DNA of 60,091 nt from Dongiaceae bacterium (GTDB lineage: Bacteria > Verrucomicrobiota > Verrucomicrobiia > Limisphaerales > JAFMIX01): NCBI GenBank assembly GCA_035492855.1, contig DATJIU010000015.1, positions 1 to 60,091 of the forward strand, written 5' to 3'. The number at the start of each line of letters is the position of its first letter. Positions within the stretch are counted from its first letter, which is position 1. The position numbers were made by a program, and so were the translations under genes. A model generated the notes under the pieces. The model was not told where the DNA came from. It saw only the letters and a program-made list of their open reading frames with translations, and made no database searches. Shown here piece by piece: positions 10,265 to 20,602 of the stretch.

Positions 10265-11668
10265 ATGAGTCATATTCTTAACATAATTTACGTGGTGGCC
10301 GCAGTCGTGTTTCTGTTTGGCGCGGCCATATTTGTCCATGAATACGGGCATTTTTGGATGGCCCGGCGGCGTGGGCTCAAAGTGGAAGGCTTTTCCATTG
10401 GCTTCGGCCCCAAGATCTTTGGCTGGACCAAGGACGGCATTGATTACGCCTGGCGGTGGATTCCTGCTGGCGGCTATGTCAAACTGCCACAAATGGTTAC
10501 CTCGGAATCCATTGAGGGTAAAGCAGAGTCGGCCGAGCCGCTGCCGCCGATTTCCCCGCTTTCCAAGGTTCTGGTTGCCGTTGCCGGGCCCTTCATGAAT
10601 GTGGTCTTCGCGTTTGTGATTGCGACGGTAATTTATTTTACCGGATTGCCCGTGCCGGTGAACCCACCGATTGTGGGTCCGGTGGATCCCAAGTCGGCTG
10701 AGGGTCAGATGGGGATTCATGAGGGTGACCGGGTGGTCTCGGTGGATGGCCGGCGGATTGCAGCGTGGGATGATATTACGGAAGCCACGATTCTGGCCCG
10801 GACGAACGTCGTCCCAGTGGTAATCACGCGGGAAGGGGCGACGAATACGTATTATTTGACGGCCATCGTCAATGACATTCCCGGTTTCAAGGGACTCAAG
10901 ATGTTGAATCTCGACCCGCGGGGACATCCGGTGATCAAGGAAGTCTTGGATGGCGCGGCCAAGGAAGCCGGATTGAAGGCGGAAGACGTGGTGGTCTCGT
11001 TCGGTCGGATTCCGGTGGCGGGTCGCGACCAGTTTATCGGTCTCGTCCAGGCGCATCCGAATGAAAAGACCGAAATCATGGTCGAGCGCAATGGTCAGAA
11101 ATTGACGCTGAACATCACGCCTAAATTAAATTCGGCCACTGGCAAAGGCGTCATTGGCGCCCAGATAGGCAGCGACACCACCTTGGTCTATCAGGTGCAG
11201 CGTCCCGGCCCGACCCCGTGGGCCCAGGTGAAGGACGTGCTCGACAAAACCGTGAGCACCTTCACCGCGTTGCTGCACTCCAAGCAGACCGGCGTGGGGG
11301 CCAAGGACCTTTCCGGTCCCGTGGGCATCTTTGCCATGCTCGCCGCGCAGGTGAATGCAGACTACCGCCTGGCCCTGAGTTTTCTGGTGCTGCTCAACAT
11401 CAACCTGGCCATCCTGAATATGCTGCCCCTGCCGGTACTCGACGGTGGACACATCCTCATGTCCGTTCTGGAAAAGGTTCGCGGCCGGCCGCTCAGTTTG
11501 AAGTTTGTGGAATATGCCACCACGGCTTTTGCGTTCCTGTTGATTTCCTTCATGTTGTTTGTGAGCTATCACGACATCAAACGGCTTCCGTTTTTTACCT
11601 CCCTGTTCCGGCAGGAAACCCAAATTGAGCAACCGGCGAGCACTCCGGCCCCGCCGCAGCAACCATGA
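10265..11668 (+). CDS. rseP: RIP site-2 metalloprotease RseP
   Basis: HEYGHFWMARRRG (HExxH) in TM1, PDZ-like segments, and the LNMLPLPVLDGGH motif near the C-terminus. Confidence 0.9.
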   Translation: MSHILNIIYVVAAVVFLFGAAIFVHEYGHFWMARRRGLKVEGFSIGFGPKIFGWTKDGIDYAWRWIPAGGYVKLPQMVTSESIEGKAESAEPLPPISPLSKVLVAVAGPFMNVVFAFVIATVIYFTGLPVPVNPPIVGPVDPKSAEGQMGIHEGDRVVSVDGRRIAAWDDITEATILARTNVVPVVITREGATNTYYLTAIVNDIPGFKGLKMLNLDPRGHPVIKEVLDGAAKEAGLKAEDVVVSFGRIPVAGRDQFIGLVQAHPNEKTEIMVERNGQKLTLNITPKLNSATGKGVIGAQIGSDTTLVYQVQRPGPTPWAQVKDVLDKTVSTFTALLHSKQTGVGAKDLSGPVGIFAMLAAQVNADYRLALSFLVLLNINLAILNMLPLPVLDGGHILMSVLEKVRGRPLSLKFVEYATTAFAFLLISFMLFVSYHDIKRLPFFTSLFRQETQIEQPASTPAPPQQP

Positions 11669-13443
11669 GATACTGCGAGTCCCCGTATTTTTACCGGCGG
11701 CGTAAAACCCGCGAAGTGGTCGTTGGCGATCCCGCCCGGGGCGGGGTAATTATCGGCGGCGATCATCCCATTGTGGTGCAGTCCATGATCACCTGCGACA
11801 CTATGGACACCGCCGAGTCCGTCCGGCAGTCGCTCGATCTCGTCGCCGCCGGCTGCCAGATCGTGCGCATCACCGCGCCGACCGTGAAGGATGCCGCCAA
11901 CCTGGAAAACATCGTGGCCGAGCTCCGCAAACGTGGCTGCTTCGTGCCCATCGTGGCGGACATTCATTTCAAGCCCGAAGCCGCCATGGAGGCCGCCAAG
12001 TGGGTGGAGATGGTGCGGGTGAACCCCGGCAATTATGCCGACTCCAAGAAATTTGCGATCAAGGAATACACCGATGCGCAGTATGGCGAGGAACTGAAGC
12101 GCATCGAGGAGAAATTCACGCCGCTCGTGAAGCTGTGCCAGCAGTTGGGCCGCGCCCTGCGCATCGGTACCAATCACGGCTCGCTCAGCGACCGCATCAT
12201 GAACCGGTTTGGCGACACGCCGTTGGGCATGATTGAGAGTGCCCTGGAATTCGCGCGCATCGCCCGGGCCCACAATTTCCACAACTTCAAGTTCTCGATG
12301 AAGTCCTCTAACCCCAAGGTGATGATCGAGTGCTACCGGTTGCTGGTGGCCCGGTTGGAGGAATTGGGGCCGGATTGGAATTATCCCATTCACCTCGGGG
12401 TCACTGAGGCCGGCGAAGGCGAGGATGGCCGCATCAAGAGCGCCATCGGCATCGGTTCGCTGCTGTGCGACGGCTTGGGCGACACCATCCGCGTTTCGCT
12501 GACGGAAGATTCCCCGCACGAAATTCCGGTCTGTCGCGACCTCATCGCGCAGGTGCCCGTGCTGGCCAACGCCACCGTGCCGGTGGCGGAGACCCGGTTT
12601 TCCTTTGATCCATTCCATTTTGGCCGCCGGGTCACGCCGGAGATTGAGTTGTCCGATACCGTCAAATGCGGCGGAGAGCAGCTCATCCGCGTGGTGGTCA
12701 CCCGCGCTACGTTCGACAAGGTGGCGCCGAAGATTCTGCCCAAGGCCGATGTAAAGCCGGAGGCGGTTTATGAGGACCTGAACCTCGCCGAGATTGACCC
12801 CACCGGGGATTTCGAAATCAACTGCGACACGCAACTCGTCACCGTCAAGGATGGCGTGAAGCTGCCGGCGATCACGGCCTTCCGGCTGTTGGCCGCAAAA
12901 TTGAAGCAGTTGGGCCGCAACAATCCCATCCTGCTCAAGGATTGCATTTATTTTGAACCCACGCCGCTGGAGCCCAAAATCGCATTGTTACGGGCGTCGG
13001 TGGTCATAGGTGCGTTGCTGGCCGACGGCATCGGTGACGCCATTTTGGTTCGGGGCGAATCCGGCGCCGGTCAGTCATTGCGGCTGGCGTACAACATCCT
13101 CCAGGCGGCGGGCTGCCGCTCGTTCAAGACGGATTACGTGGCGTGCCCCAGTTGTGGCCGCACATTGTTCAACCTGCAAACCGTCACCGCACGCATCAAG
13201 ACGCGCACGGAACATCTTAAGGGCGTGAAAATCGCCATCATGGGCTGCATCGTGAACGGTCCGGGCGAAATGGCGGATGCGGACTTTGGCTACGTCGGGG
13301 GCGCGCCGGGCAAGATCAACCTCTACGTGGGCAAGACGCCCATCAAGTTCAACATTCCCGAAGCCGAAGCGGTGGACCGTTTGGTGGATTTGATCCGTGA
13401 ACACGGCAAGTGGGTGGAGCCGGAACCCAAAGAAGCGGCCTGA
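11665..13443 (+). CDS. ispG: 4-hydroxy-3-methylbut-2-enyl diphosphate synthase, long form
   Basis: PIVVQSMITCDT, VRITAPT, IVADIHF, VRVNPGNY, and the C-terminal CPSCGRT...GCIVNGPGE cluster motif. 592 aa implies the insertion-containing form. Its ATG overlaps the rseP stop (ATGA). Confidence 0.95.
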   Translation: MRYCESPYFYRRRKTREVVVGDPARGGVIIGGDHPIVVQSMITCDTMDTAESVRQSLDLVAAGCQIVRITAPTVKDAANLENIVAELRKRGCFVPIVADIHFKPEAAMEAAKWVEMVRVNPGNYADSKKFAIKEYTDAQYGEELKRIEEKFTPLVKLCQQLGRALRIGTNHGSLSDRIMNRFGDTPLGMIESALEFARIARAHNFHNFKFSMKSSNPKVMIECYRLLVARLEELGPDWNYPIHLGVTEAGEGEDGRIKSAIGIGSLLCDGLGDTIRVSLTEDSPHEIPVCRDLIAQVPVLANATVPVAETRFSFDPFHFGRRVTPEIELSDTVKCGGEQLIRVVVTRATFDKVAPKILPKADVKPEAVYEDLNLAEIDPTGDFEINCDTQLVTVKDGVKLPAITAFRLLAAKLKQLGRNNPILLKDCIYFEPTPLEPKIALLRASVVIGALLADGIGDAILVRGESGAGQSLRLAYNILQAAGCRSFKTDYVACPSCGRTLFNLQTVTARIKTRTEHLKGVKIAIMGCIVNGPGEMADADFGYVGGAPGKINLYVGKTPIKFNIPEAEAVDRLVDLIREHGKWVEPEPKEAA

Positions 13444-13479
13444 GCTGGCCGCGCCGCACAGTTTTGGTTTGGGCTTCTG

Positions 13480-14121
13480 CTACGAATGAATCGCGGCGGT
13501 CCGGCCCTTGGGAATTCGCTCCAGGTGGTAAATCAGAAAGCCGTGGAGGAATTGTTCCATCTCCTGAACTTGCGGCGGGCTCAATTTGAGGCGGAGCAGG
13601 GCAGGCCAGTCTTTTTCTTCCAACCCGGTCAGAATTTTTTGCGTGCCGGCCGTAAGCTTGCTTTCCGTAAGATCGGGGGACTGCCCCAGTTCCTGCAGCA
13701 GCTTCATTTCAAACGCAAAAATCGTCAGCGGCTGGGGCGGTTGTTCTGGCAGGTGATGAAGCAGGCCCTTCATCAACTCATAAACCACCGGCAGCGGCGT
13801 TTCGGTTTCAGTCGTCTGTTCCACCAACGCGGTGCAATAAGCGGCTTGCTGCAAGTAGCCCAGTTCGGTGCGCAAGGCGGGGTGGGATGCCCGCAGGCTG
13901 ACCTCGCGAAGCGGATGCAATTCCGAACGGTTGCTGCGCTGAAAACTGAAATCGGCTTCGTAGCCCAGGTCCAATTTGCCGCGGAACGACGACTTGGGCC
14001 GGCGGGCGCCCTTGGCCACGGTGGCCACCCGTCCCTGTTCCGCCGTCAGCCAGTGGACAATCAGGCTGGTCTCGGTGAGCGGCCGGACGCGCAGGATGAG
14101 GCCAGTGGCGGATTCAATCAT
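13480..14121 (-). CDS. recO: DNA repair protein RecO
   Basis: From MIESATGLILRVRPLTETSLIVHWLT (OB fold), with overall RecO-like length and layout. The start overlaps the upstream DUF502 gene by 8 nt. Confidence 0.8.
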   Translation of the reverse strand: MIESATGLILRVRPLTETSLIVHWLTAEQGRVATVAKGARRPKSSFRGKLDLGYEADFSFQRSNRSELHPLREVSLRASHPALRTELGYLQQAAYCTALVEQTTETETPLPVVYELMKGLLHHLPEQPPQPLTIFAFEMKLLQELGQSPDLTESKLTAGTQKILTGLEEKDWPALLRLKLSPPQVQEMEQFLHGFLIYHLERIPKGRTAAIHS

Positions 14122-14803
14122 GGGCCGGAGGCGTGACTTGCGGCGGTGGCGGATACGGCGGCGAAATGGCGCCGAGACTGACAATGTATTTGATGCCATC
14201 CGCCACCGACATGTCCAGCTTGGTGACTTCGGTTTCCGGTACGAGAATCAAAAATCCGGACGTGGGATTGGGCGTGGTGGGAACAAACACGCAGACCACC
14301 TTTTCCCGGGTGCGGGCCTGAACCTCATCGTTTTGTTCGCTGGTAATAAAACCAATAGAATGGGCGCCGGCGCGGGGGAACTCCACCAGCACCACAGTTT
14401 TGAAGGAGTTCTTGCTGCCGGAGGAAAAGGCGTCGTTGATCTGCTTGAATGCGCCGTAGATTTTGTTGAGGACCGGCACGCGCATCATCATGCCGTCGGC
14501 CCACACAATCATCCTTCGTCCCATGTAATTGCGCGCCAGGCGGCCCACCAGGCTGACCAGCAGCACGGCGATAATCAGCGCCAGGAGACTCCAATACCAG
14601 AACATGGGGCCGGAGGTGCCGTTCACGTAAATCCATTTGCGGTCGAGGAGGTACTTGAGGAAGAAGAGCAGGGTGTCGGTGATGTTGGCCACCGTGCCAA
14701 ACAACCAGACCACGATGGCGATGGACACCACCGAGGGCATGACAATGAACAGCCCGGTAATGAAATTGGCGCGCCACCGGCCGAACAGGCTCTTTTTTTC
14801 CAT
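14114..14803 (-). CDS. DUF502 family membrane protein
   Basis: Two N-terminal TM segments, then PVLNKIYGAFKQI and PTTPNPTSGFLILVP motifs characteristic of DUF502. Confidence 0.8.
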   Translation of the reverse strand: MEKKSLFGRWRANFITGLFIVMPSVVSIAIVVWLFGTVANITDTLLFFLKYLLDRKWIYVNGTSGPMFWYWSLLALIIAVLLVSLVGRLARNYMGRRMIVWADGMMMRVPVLNKIYGAFKQINDAFSSGSKNSFKTVVLVEFPRAGAHSIGFITSEQNDEVQARTREKVVCVFVPTTPNPTSGFLILVPETEVTKLDMSVADGIKYIVSLGAISPPYPPPPQVTPPAHD

Positions 14804-14812
14804 GGGCAGAGT

Positions 14813-15289
14813 CTAGCGGGCGAGGCTGGCGGGGGGGAAGTCTTTTGCCAGCCGGCGCAGCAGCCGGTTTTCCTGGCGTTTCATCATCCGGCGGGCCGGC
14901 ATTCGCAGATCGTCGTAACCCAGCAAGTGCAGGGTGCCGTGGATGATGTAACGCATCACTTCCGCCTGCCAGGTGGTGCGGAACCGCCGGGCCTGCAAGA
15001 TGGCCTCATCCACGCAGATGAACAGTTCACCGTGGATTTTTTTGGGGACTTCCGGGATGGCCGGGCCAGGTTCGCCGTAATCGAAGGTAATAACATCCGT
15101 AGAGCCGGCGTGTTGCAAATGGGTTTCGTTGACCTGCGCCATCTCCGGAGCGGCCACGAGATAGATGCCGAGGTCGGCCTCCGGGCAGGCGAGCAGCGCC
15201 GTCAACAAATGCTGGGTGAGCCGGCGCAATTGCGGCAGGCTGACCGGGCGGGTGCGTTGCCGGTTTTGGATGGTGACCGCGGGCGGCAT
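14813..15289 (-). CDS. ybeY: rRNA maturation endoribonuclease YbeY
   Basis: HGTLHLLGYDD zinc-binding motif; 158 aa. Confidence 0.9.
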   Translation of the reverse strand: MPPAVTIQNRQRTRPVSLPQLRRLTQHLLTALLACPEADLGIYLVAAPEMAQVNETHLQHAGSTDVITFDYGEPGPAIPEVPKKIHGELFICVDEAILQARRFRTTWQAEVMRYIIHGTLHLLGYDDLRMPARRMMKRQENRLLRRLAKDFPPASLAR

Positions 15290-15295
15290 CGGTTC

Positions 15296-16270
15296 TTATT
15301 CGGGTTTGGCCTTGCCCCGATGCTCCTCGTACGCGGTGATGATGCGCTGCACCAGCGGATGGCGGACGACGTCGCGCTTGCCAAATTCAATGACCGCGAT
15401 GCCCTCGACGTTGCGCAGGGCGCGGTGGGCTTCGAGCAGTCCGGAATGCTTGTGCGCCGGCAGGTCGGTTTGGGTTTCGTCGCCGGTGATGACGGCCTTG
15501 GAACCATGACCGAGCCGGGTGAGAAACATGAGCATCTGCTCGGTGGTGGAATTCTGGGCCTCATCCAGGATGATGAACGCATTGTTCAGCGTGCGCCCGC
15601 GCATGTAGGCCAGCGGGGCGATTTCAATGACTCCACGCTCGGTGTGCTTCTGGATTTCCTCAACGGGCAGCATGTCATGCAAGGCGTCATGCAACGGCCG
15701 CAGGTAGGGCAGAATTTTTTCGTAGAGATCGCCGGGCAGGAAGCCCAGGGCCTCGCCGGCTTCCACGGCGGGCCGGGTCAGGATGATGCGCGACACCTTG
15801 CCGTCGTGCAACGCCGCCAGGGCCTGCGCCACGGCCAGGTACGTTTTGCCCGTGCCGGCCGGCCCGATGCCGAACACAATGTCGTGGGTGCGGATGGCGT
15901 CCACGTATTTTTTCTGGCCGAGGGTCTTGGGCGTGACCGGCGACTTTTTGGGCGAAGTATGGGTGCGGTCGGCCAGCAGTTCTTTCAGGGCGGAAGGCCC
16001 GTGTTCGCCGACCACACTCAGCGCGTGGGCAAAGTCGCGGTTGCGCACCGGGCTGCCGGTCTTGAGCTGCTCCTCCAGCGAGCTGAAGAGCTGCCGGGCC
16101 CGGGCGATGGCGTCGGTGGCGCCTTCCAGCCGGATCCAGCCTTCCCGGGCGGTGGCTTTGACGCCGAGTTGCTCCTCCAGGGATTGCAGGTTGCGGGGCT
16201 CGTGGTTGAACAACTGCTGCGCAAACCGGGCGCTTTCGTAATGCAAGGTTTCGGTGGGCATGATGGGCAA
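15296..16270 (-). CDS. phoH: PhoH-family ATPase
   Basis: Walker A GPAGTGKTYLAV, ILTRPAVEAGE, IILDEAQN, and VITGDETQTDLP. Confidence 0.9.
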   Translation of the reverse strand: MPIMPTETLHYESARFAQQLFNHEPRNLQSLEEQLGVKATAREGWIRLEGATDAIARARQLFSSLEEQLKTGSPVRNRDFAHALSVVGEHGPSALKELLADRTHTSPKKSPVTPKTLGQKKYVDAIRTHDIVFGIGPAGTGKTYLAVAQALAALHDGKVSRIILTRPAVEAGEALGFLPGDLYEKILPYLRPLHDALHDMLPVEEIQKHTERGVIEIAPLAYMRGRTLNNAFIILDEAQNSTTEQMLMFLTRLGHGSKAVITGDETQTDLPAHKHSGLLEAHRALRNVEGIAVIEFGKRDVVRHPLVQRIITAYEEHRGKAKPE

Positions 16271-16759
16271 TCAACGGTTGAGGGCGGCGCGTAATTTGGC
16301 GGCCACCTCGGTCAGGGCATCGGGCAATACGCTTACGCTGCCGAGCACGGGCATGAAGTTGGTGTCGCCGGTCCAGCGCGGCACGATGTGAATGTGCAAA
16401 TGCTCGGCGATGCCGGCCCCGGCAATTTTGCCGAGGTTCACGCCGATGTTGAAACCGTCGGGCTTCATCACCTGGGTGAGCGCGTTGGTGCACCGGCGGG
16501 TGAGCTGCCACAGGTCGGCCATTTCCTCGGCGGTAAGGCCGTTGAAATCCGGGGTTTCCTTGTACGGCACGATCAACAGATGGCCGCCGTTGTAGGGATA
16601 GCGGTTGAGCACGGCGTAGCAGGTGCGGTCGCGGACCACCACCAGATTGCCCACGTCATCCGAGGATTGGGCGATCCGGGTGAAGATGGAGCCATCCGTG
16701 CATTCGGTGCGGGCCGCCAGAATGTATTGAATCCGCCACGGGGCGTGCAAAGTTTCCAT
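16271..16759 (-). CDS. HIT (histidine triad) family protein
   Basis: HLHIHIVPRW histidine triad. The stop abuts the phoH start. Confidence 0.85.
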   Translation of the reverse strand: METLHAPWRIQYILAARTECTDGSIFTRIAQSSDDVGNLVVVRDRTCYAVLNRYPYNGGHLLIVPYKETPDFNGLTAEEMADLWQLTRRCTNALTQVMKPDGFNIGVNLGKIAGAGIAEHLHIHIVPRWTGDTNFMPVLGSVSVLPDALTEVAAKLRAALNR

Positions 16760-16805
16760 GCGCGAACACTAAACAGCCGGACGGCGAAAGTCAAAAGGCT
16801 GTGGC

Positions 16806-17987
16806 TTACTTTTTGACGGCTTCCAACCGGCCGCGCAGCACGTAGATGAGCGCCTTGACCGCCAGTTCAATGAACAAAAAGGGCTTGGCAATGAAATCGT
16901 TGGCGCCGGCCATGGTGGAGTTGGCGCGAGATTCAAAGTCGGTGAGGCTCGTCACAAACACCACCGGGGTTTTCTTGTGGCCGGGCAGGGTGCGGATCTT
17001 GGCGCACAGTTCAAACCCGTTCATGCCCGGCATGTCCGCATCCAGGAAAATAAGATCAAAAGCGTTGTCGGACACCTGGCTGAACGCGGCCACCGGATCC
17101 TCCATGTCCACCGCCTGGAGCTTGGCTTTTTCCAGGGCGTGAGTGACCGCCCGGCGCGAGAGCAGTTCGTCATCCACCACCAGGATGCGTGGGGTGGGAT
17201 GTTTTTGAAAATCCAGGAGGGCGCCGTTTTTAAACAACTGATCCAGAAAATCAATCGCGCTGGCAATGGTCCGCAAAGTGGACGGATTGACCCCCTGGGG
17301 CTTGTCGCGCAATTCGCGCAGCAGGGCTTCCACGGCGTCCGTCAACTGGGCCACGGAAATGCGTCCGGCCAGGCCGGCGCCTCCGGTGAGCGCATGCATC
17401 TTGTCGAACATTTCCTGCAACAACCGGGAGCGTTCCGCCGGGTCGGGGGTTCTGACCAGCGTTTGATACTGGGTTCGCAATGCAGCCAGCGCCGAGGGAA
17501 ATACCTTGCCGAATTCTTGAATTGGATCGGCTGCTCCGGCAGCGGCAGCGGCTGGTGACGGGGCCGGGGCGGGAGCTGGCGCGCCGCTGGCCGCGGCGGT
17601 CGCTTCCGCAGCCGGCGCTTCCAGGCTCAGGGCGCTGCGGATGCATTCGATGACCTGCTTGGGGGTGCTGTTGGCCTTGGAGAGGCATTTGGTGGCGCCG
17701 GCTTTCCAGGCTTCCTTCACCATGTTGCTGAGGTAGGTGTTGGAAAAGACCACGATGGGCAGCTTTTCAAATTCGGGCTGCGCGCGCAGCTTTTTCATCA
17801 CGTCCAACCCGCTCACCTTGGGCAGCATCAGGTCCAGGATGATGAGTTGAGGTTTGAAATGTTTGACCATTTCGAGACCGGACTGGCCGTCGTTGGCCAC
17901 CTCCACATCAAAGCCGCCGGCGGCCAGTTTGTTGCGGTACACATTCGCAACCAGTTGGTCGTCTTCGATGATGAGAATCTTGTTCAT
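16806..17987 (-). CDS. REC-HPt-REC phosphorelay protein
   Basis: Receiver 1 (ILIIEDD...IILDLMLPKVSG), an Ala/Pro-rich linker, an HPt-like segment (MFDKMHALTGGAGLAG), then receiver 2 (ILVVDDE...IFLDADMPGMNG). No output domain. Confidence 0.85.
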   Translation of the reverse strand: MNKILIIEDDQLVANVYRNKLAAGGFDVEVANDGQSGLEMVKHFKPQLIILDLMLPKVSGLDVMKKLRAQPEFEKLPIVVFSNTYLSNMVKEAWKAGATKCLSKANSTPKQVIECIRSALSLEAPAAEATAAASGAPAPAPAPSPAAAAAGAADPIQEFGKVFPSALAALRTQYQTLVRTPDPAERSRLLQEMFDKMHALTGGAGLAGRISVAQLTDAVEALLRELRDKPQGVNPSTLRTIASAIDFLDQLFKNGALLDFQKHPTPRILVVDDELLSRRAVTHALEKAKLQAVDMEDPVAAFSQVSDNAFDLIFLDADMPGMNGFELCAKIRTLPGHKKTPVVFVTSLTDFESRANSTMAGANDFIAKPFLFIELAVKALIYVLRGRLEAVKK

Positions 17988-17993
17988 GTCGCC

Positions 17994-20453
17994 TCAAGCT
18001 TGGTTCAAAGCCGGATTTTTGGCCAGATAATCATTAAGATAATCGCGGATGCGTTGGAATTCGTGCCGGGCCTTTTGCATGAGCTCGTCGGTGGAGACCA
18101 GCTTGCCTTCAAAACCCTGCTTTTCCATCTCGCGCAAAACGGGCACGAGCTGGTTCATGCCGCAGGTGGCGCTGGCCCCGGCACAGCTATGGGACAGCCG
18201 GCGCACCGCCGGAGGATCGGCGGCAGTCACCGCCGCCTGCAACTGCTCCAATTGGTCGGTGGTTTGTTTCAGGTAAAGATTGATCAAATCCCGCAGCCCT
18301 TCCGGATCGTTGTCGGAAAAATCCAGCAGGCGGGGCATGTCCACCGGCGGTTCTTCCGTGGGCGCGGGGGTGGGGGCGGACGCCTCCTTAGGGACAACGT
18401 TCGTCTCGGCTGTCCCCGCAAGCGTGGTGGCCCAGCGTTCCACCGTCTGGCGGATGTCTTCCGGCCGGACTGGCTTGGGCAGGTAATCGTCCATGCCGGC
18501 AGCCAGGCATTTTTCCCGGTCGCCTTGCATGGCGTTGGCCGTCATGGCGATGATGACGATGGGCGTTTTGAAATGTGGAATATTCTCCCGCTGGCGCTCG
18601 CGGATGGCGCGTGTGGCTTCCATGCCGTCCATTTCCGGCATTTGCACATCCATGAAAATCAAATCGTATGGCTCGCGCTCGAGCGCCTTGAGGGCTTCTA
18701 GGCCGTTGCCGGCCACGTCGGCTTTGTATCCCATCTGTGACAGCAGCCGCAGGGCCACCTTTTGATTGATGGCATTGTCGTCGCACAACAAAATCCGCAA
18801 TGGCAGCCGCGCGGCCAGCGTGGGGTCCAGTTTGCCCGGCGTGGTAGCGCGTTTGAGGGTTGATTTCACGCCGGAAACTGCGCGGCCCAGCATTTCCTTC
18901 AATTGGGCGGGCTTGACCGGCTTGTTCAGGCAGCCGACAAATCCGGCCGCGGCATATTCCGGGGTGTTCTGGTGGGAGCCCACGGCGGACAGCAGAATCA
19001 CCGGCAGCTTGTTATTTTGCGGCAGCTTCCGGATTTCCTGGGCCAGGGTGATGCCGTCCGTTTCCGGCATCTGCAAATCCACCAGCGCCAGGTCAAAATT
19101 TTCCCCTGACCGCAGCCATTCCATGGCTTCCACCGGCGAGGGCGTGCAGCGCGGCAACATGCCCCACTTGGTCACGTGCCCTTGGAGCACCCGGCTGGCC
19201 GTGGCGTTGTCGTCCACAATCAGCACCCGCAGGTTGGCAAAGGGCCGGGCAGGTTCAGGCGCCGGCGGGGCCGGGGCGGAAACTGTTGCATCCGATTCGA
19301 ACGGCAGGACAAAATGAAAGGTGGACCCTTTTTTGGGAGCGCTCTCCACCCACATCTTGCCGCCCATCAATTCCACCAGCCGCTTGCTGATGGCAAGCCC
19401 CAAGCCGGTGCCGCCATATTGCCGGCTGGTGGAGGCATCCGCCTGGCTGAAGGATTTGAACAGCCGCGCCAGGCGGTCCACCGGAATGCCGATGCCGGTG
19501 TCCTGCACATAAAAATGAATCTGCCACGGCGGTGCCGGCTCGGTCGCAACGGCGGGGGCGGATTTGACGAGCACCTGCACAAAGACATCTCCCGCCGGAG
19601 TAAACTTGATGGCATTGCTCAGGAGGTTCACCAGCACCTGGCGCAGCCGCGAGGTGTCACCCAGCACTTGGGGCGGGATGCCGTCATCCATGTGGTAAAC
19701 CAGGTCCAGCTTCTTCTCGCCCGCCTTGGGCGCGAGCAGGTCCAGCGCGTCCTCCACACAGGCCCGCAGGTCGAACGGCCGGAGTTCCAGTTCCAGCTTG
19801 CCGGATTCGATTTTTGAAAAATCCAGAATCTCGTTAATGATGTTTAACAGGGATTCGCTGCAGGAATAGATGGTCTCCACATACCCGTGCTGCTCATGGT
19901 TCAATGGGGTTTCGAGCAGCAGCCCGGACATGGCGATGACGCCGTTCATGGGGGTGCGGATTTCGTGGCTCATGGTGGCCAGGAAATCGGCCTTGGCCCG
20001 GGCATTGGCCTCGGCGGCTTCGCGGGCGGCGATGAGTTCGCGGTTGGTCTGGCTGAGTTCGTCCTGCAGGCGTTTGGCGCGGAGCACGCCCCGCAACCGG
20101 GCCCGCAGCTCCGCCGATTCAAAGGGCTTGGTCAGGTAATCCGTCGCGCCGAGTTCGAACCCGCGCAACTTGTACTCGCTCTGGTTGCGCGCGGTGAGAA
20201 TGATGACCGGGATGTTTTCCGTGGCGGGGTTTTCCTTGAGCCAGCGCAAAACCTCAAAGCCGTTCTGGCCGCCGGGCAGGCCGAGGTCCAGCACCACCGT
20301 GTCGGGGCGGATTTCCTGGATCTTCGCCATGGCTTCGGTGGCGCTCAGGGCACCGGTCAGGATGATATGGTCCTCCCGCAACAACGAGGCGAGCACCTGT
20401 TGCAGTTCAGGATCATCCTCCACCAGCAAGACGTGAGAAATGAGCTGACTCAT
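17994..20453 (-). CDS. hybrid sensor histidine kinase, REC-HisKA-HATPase-REC-REC-HPt
   Basis: Start at [15 protein letters not shown]-box [38 protein letters not shown], receivers ([24 protein letters not shown]) and HPt ([11 protein letters not shown]). Clear paralog of 4081-6579. Confidence 0.9.
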   Translation of the reverse strand: MSQLISHVLLVEDDPELQQVLASLLREDHIILTGALSATEAMAKIQEIRPDTVVLDLGLPGGQNGFEVLRWLKENPATENIPVIILTARNQSEYKLRGFELGATDYLTKPFESAELRARLRGVLRAKRLQDELSQTNRELIAAREAAEANARAKADFLATMSHEIRTPMNGVIAMSGLLLETPLNHEQHGYVETIYSCSESLLNIINEILDFSKIESGKLELELRPFDLRACVEDALDLLAPKAGEKKLDLVYHMDDGIPPQVLGDTSRLRQVLVNLLSNAIKFTPAGDVFVQVLVKSAPAVATEPAPPWQIHFYVQDTGIGIPVDRLARLFKSFSQADASTSRQYGGTGLGLAISKRLVELMGGKMWVESAPKKGSTFHFVLPFESDATVSAPAPPAPEPARPFANLRVLIVDDNATASRVLQGHVTKWGMLPRCTPSPVEAMEWLRSGENFDLALVDLQMPETDGITLAQEIRKLPQNNKLPVILLSAVGSHQNTPEYAAAGFVGCLNKPVKPAQLKEMLGRAVSGVKSTLKRATTPGKLDPTLAARLPLRILLCDDNAINQKVALRLLSQMGYKADVAGNGLEALKALEREPYDLIFMDVQMPEMDGMEATRAIRERQRENIPHFKTPIVIIAMTANAMQGDREKCLAAGMDDYLPKPVRPEDIRQTVERWATTLAGTAETNVVPKEASAPTPAPTEEPPVDMPRLLDFSDNDPEGLRDLINLYLKQTTDQLEQLQAAVTAADPPAVRRLSHSCAGASATCGMNQLVPVLREMEKQGFEGKLVSTDELMQKARHEFQRIRDYLNDYLAKNPALNQA

Positions 20454-20602
20454 AAACCGGATCCGGCTTTCATGGCATTTGTAAGAACGCGGGGATTCAA
20501 CACCAAAACCGGTTCGGGCAAAAGAAGTTTTTGCGCCGGCCCCGGAATCCTGGACGCAAAGAATCATTGCACGCCCCCCCCGAACCCGCATAAAATCCCC
20601 GT

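Noticed and set aside
13976-16294. A 772-aa plus-strand ORF spans the antisense of recO, DUF502, ybeY and phoH.
   Set aside because: It crosses four well-supported minus-strand genes and their junctions. The translation is low-complexity (G/R/A/H-rich). It is a GC-bias artefact.
17520-17620. A GC-rich quasi-repetitive stretch (GCGGCAGCGGCAGCGGC...GGGGCCGGGGCGGGAGC).
   Set aside because: It encodes the Ala/Pro-rich inter-domain linker of the REC-HPt-REC protein. It is not a tandem DNA repeat element or a CRISPR-like array.
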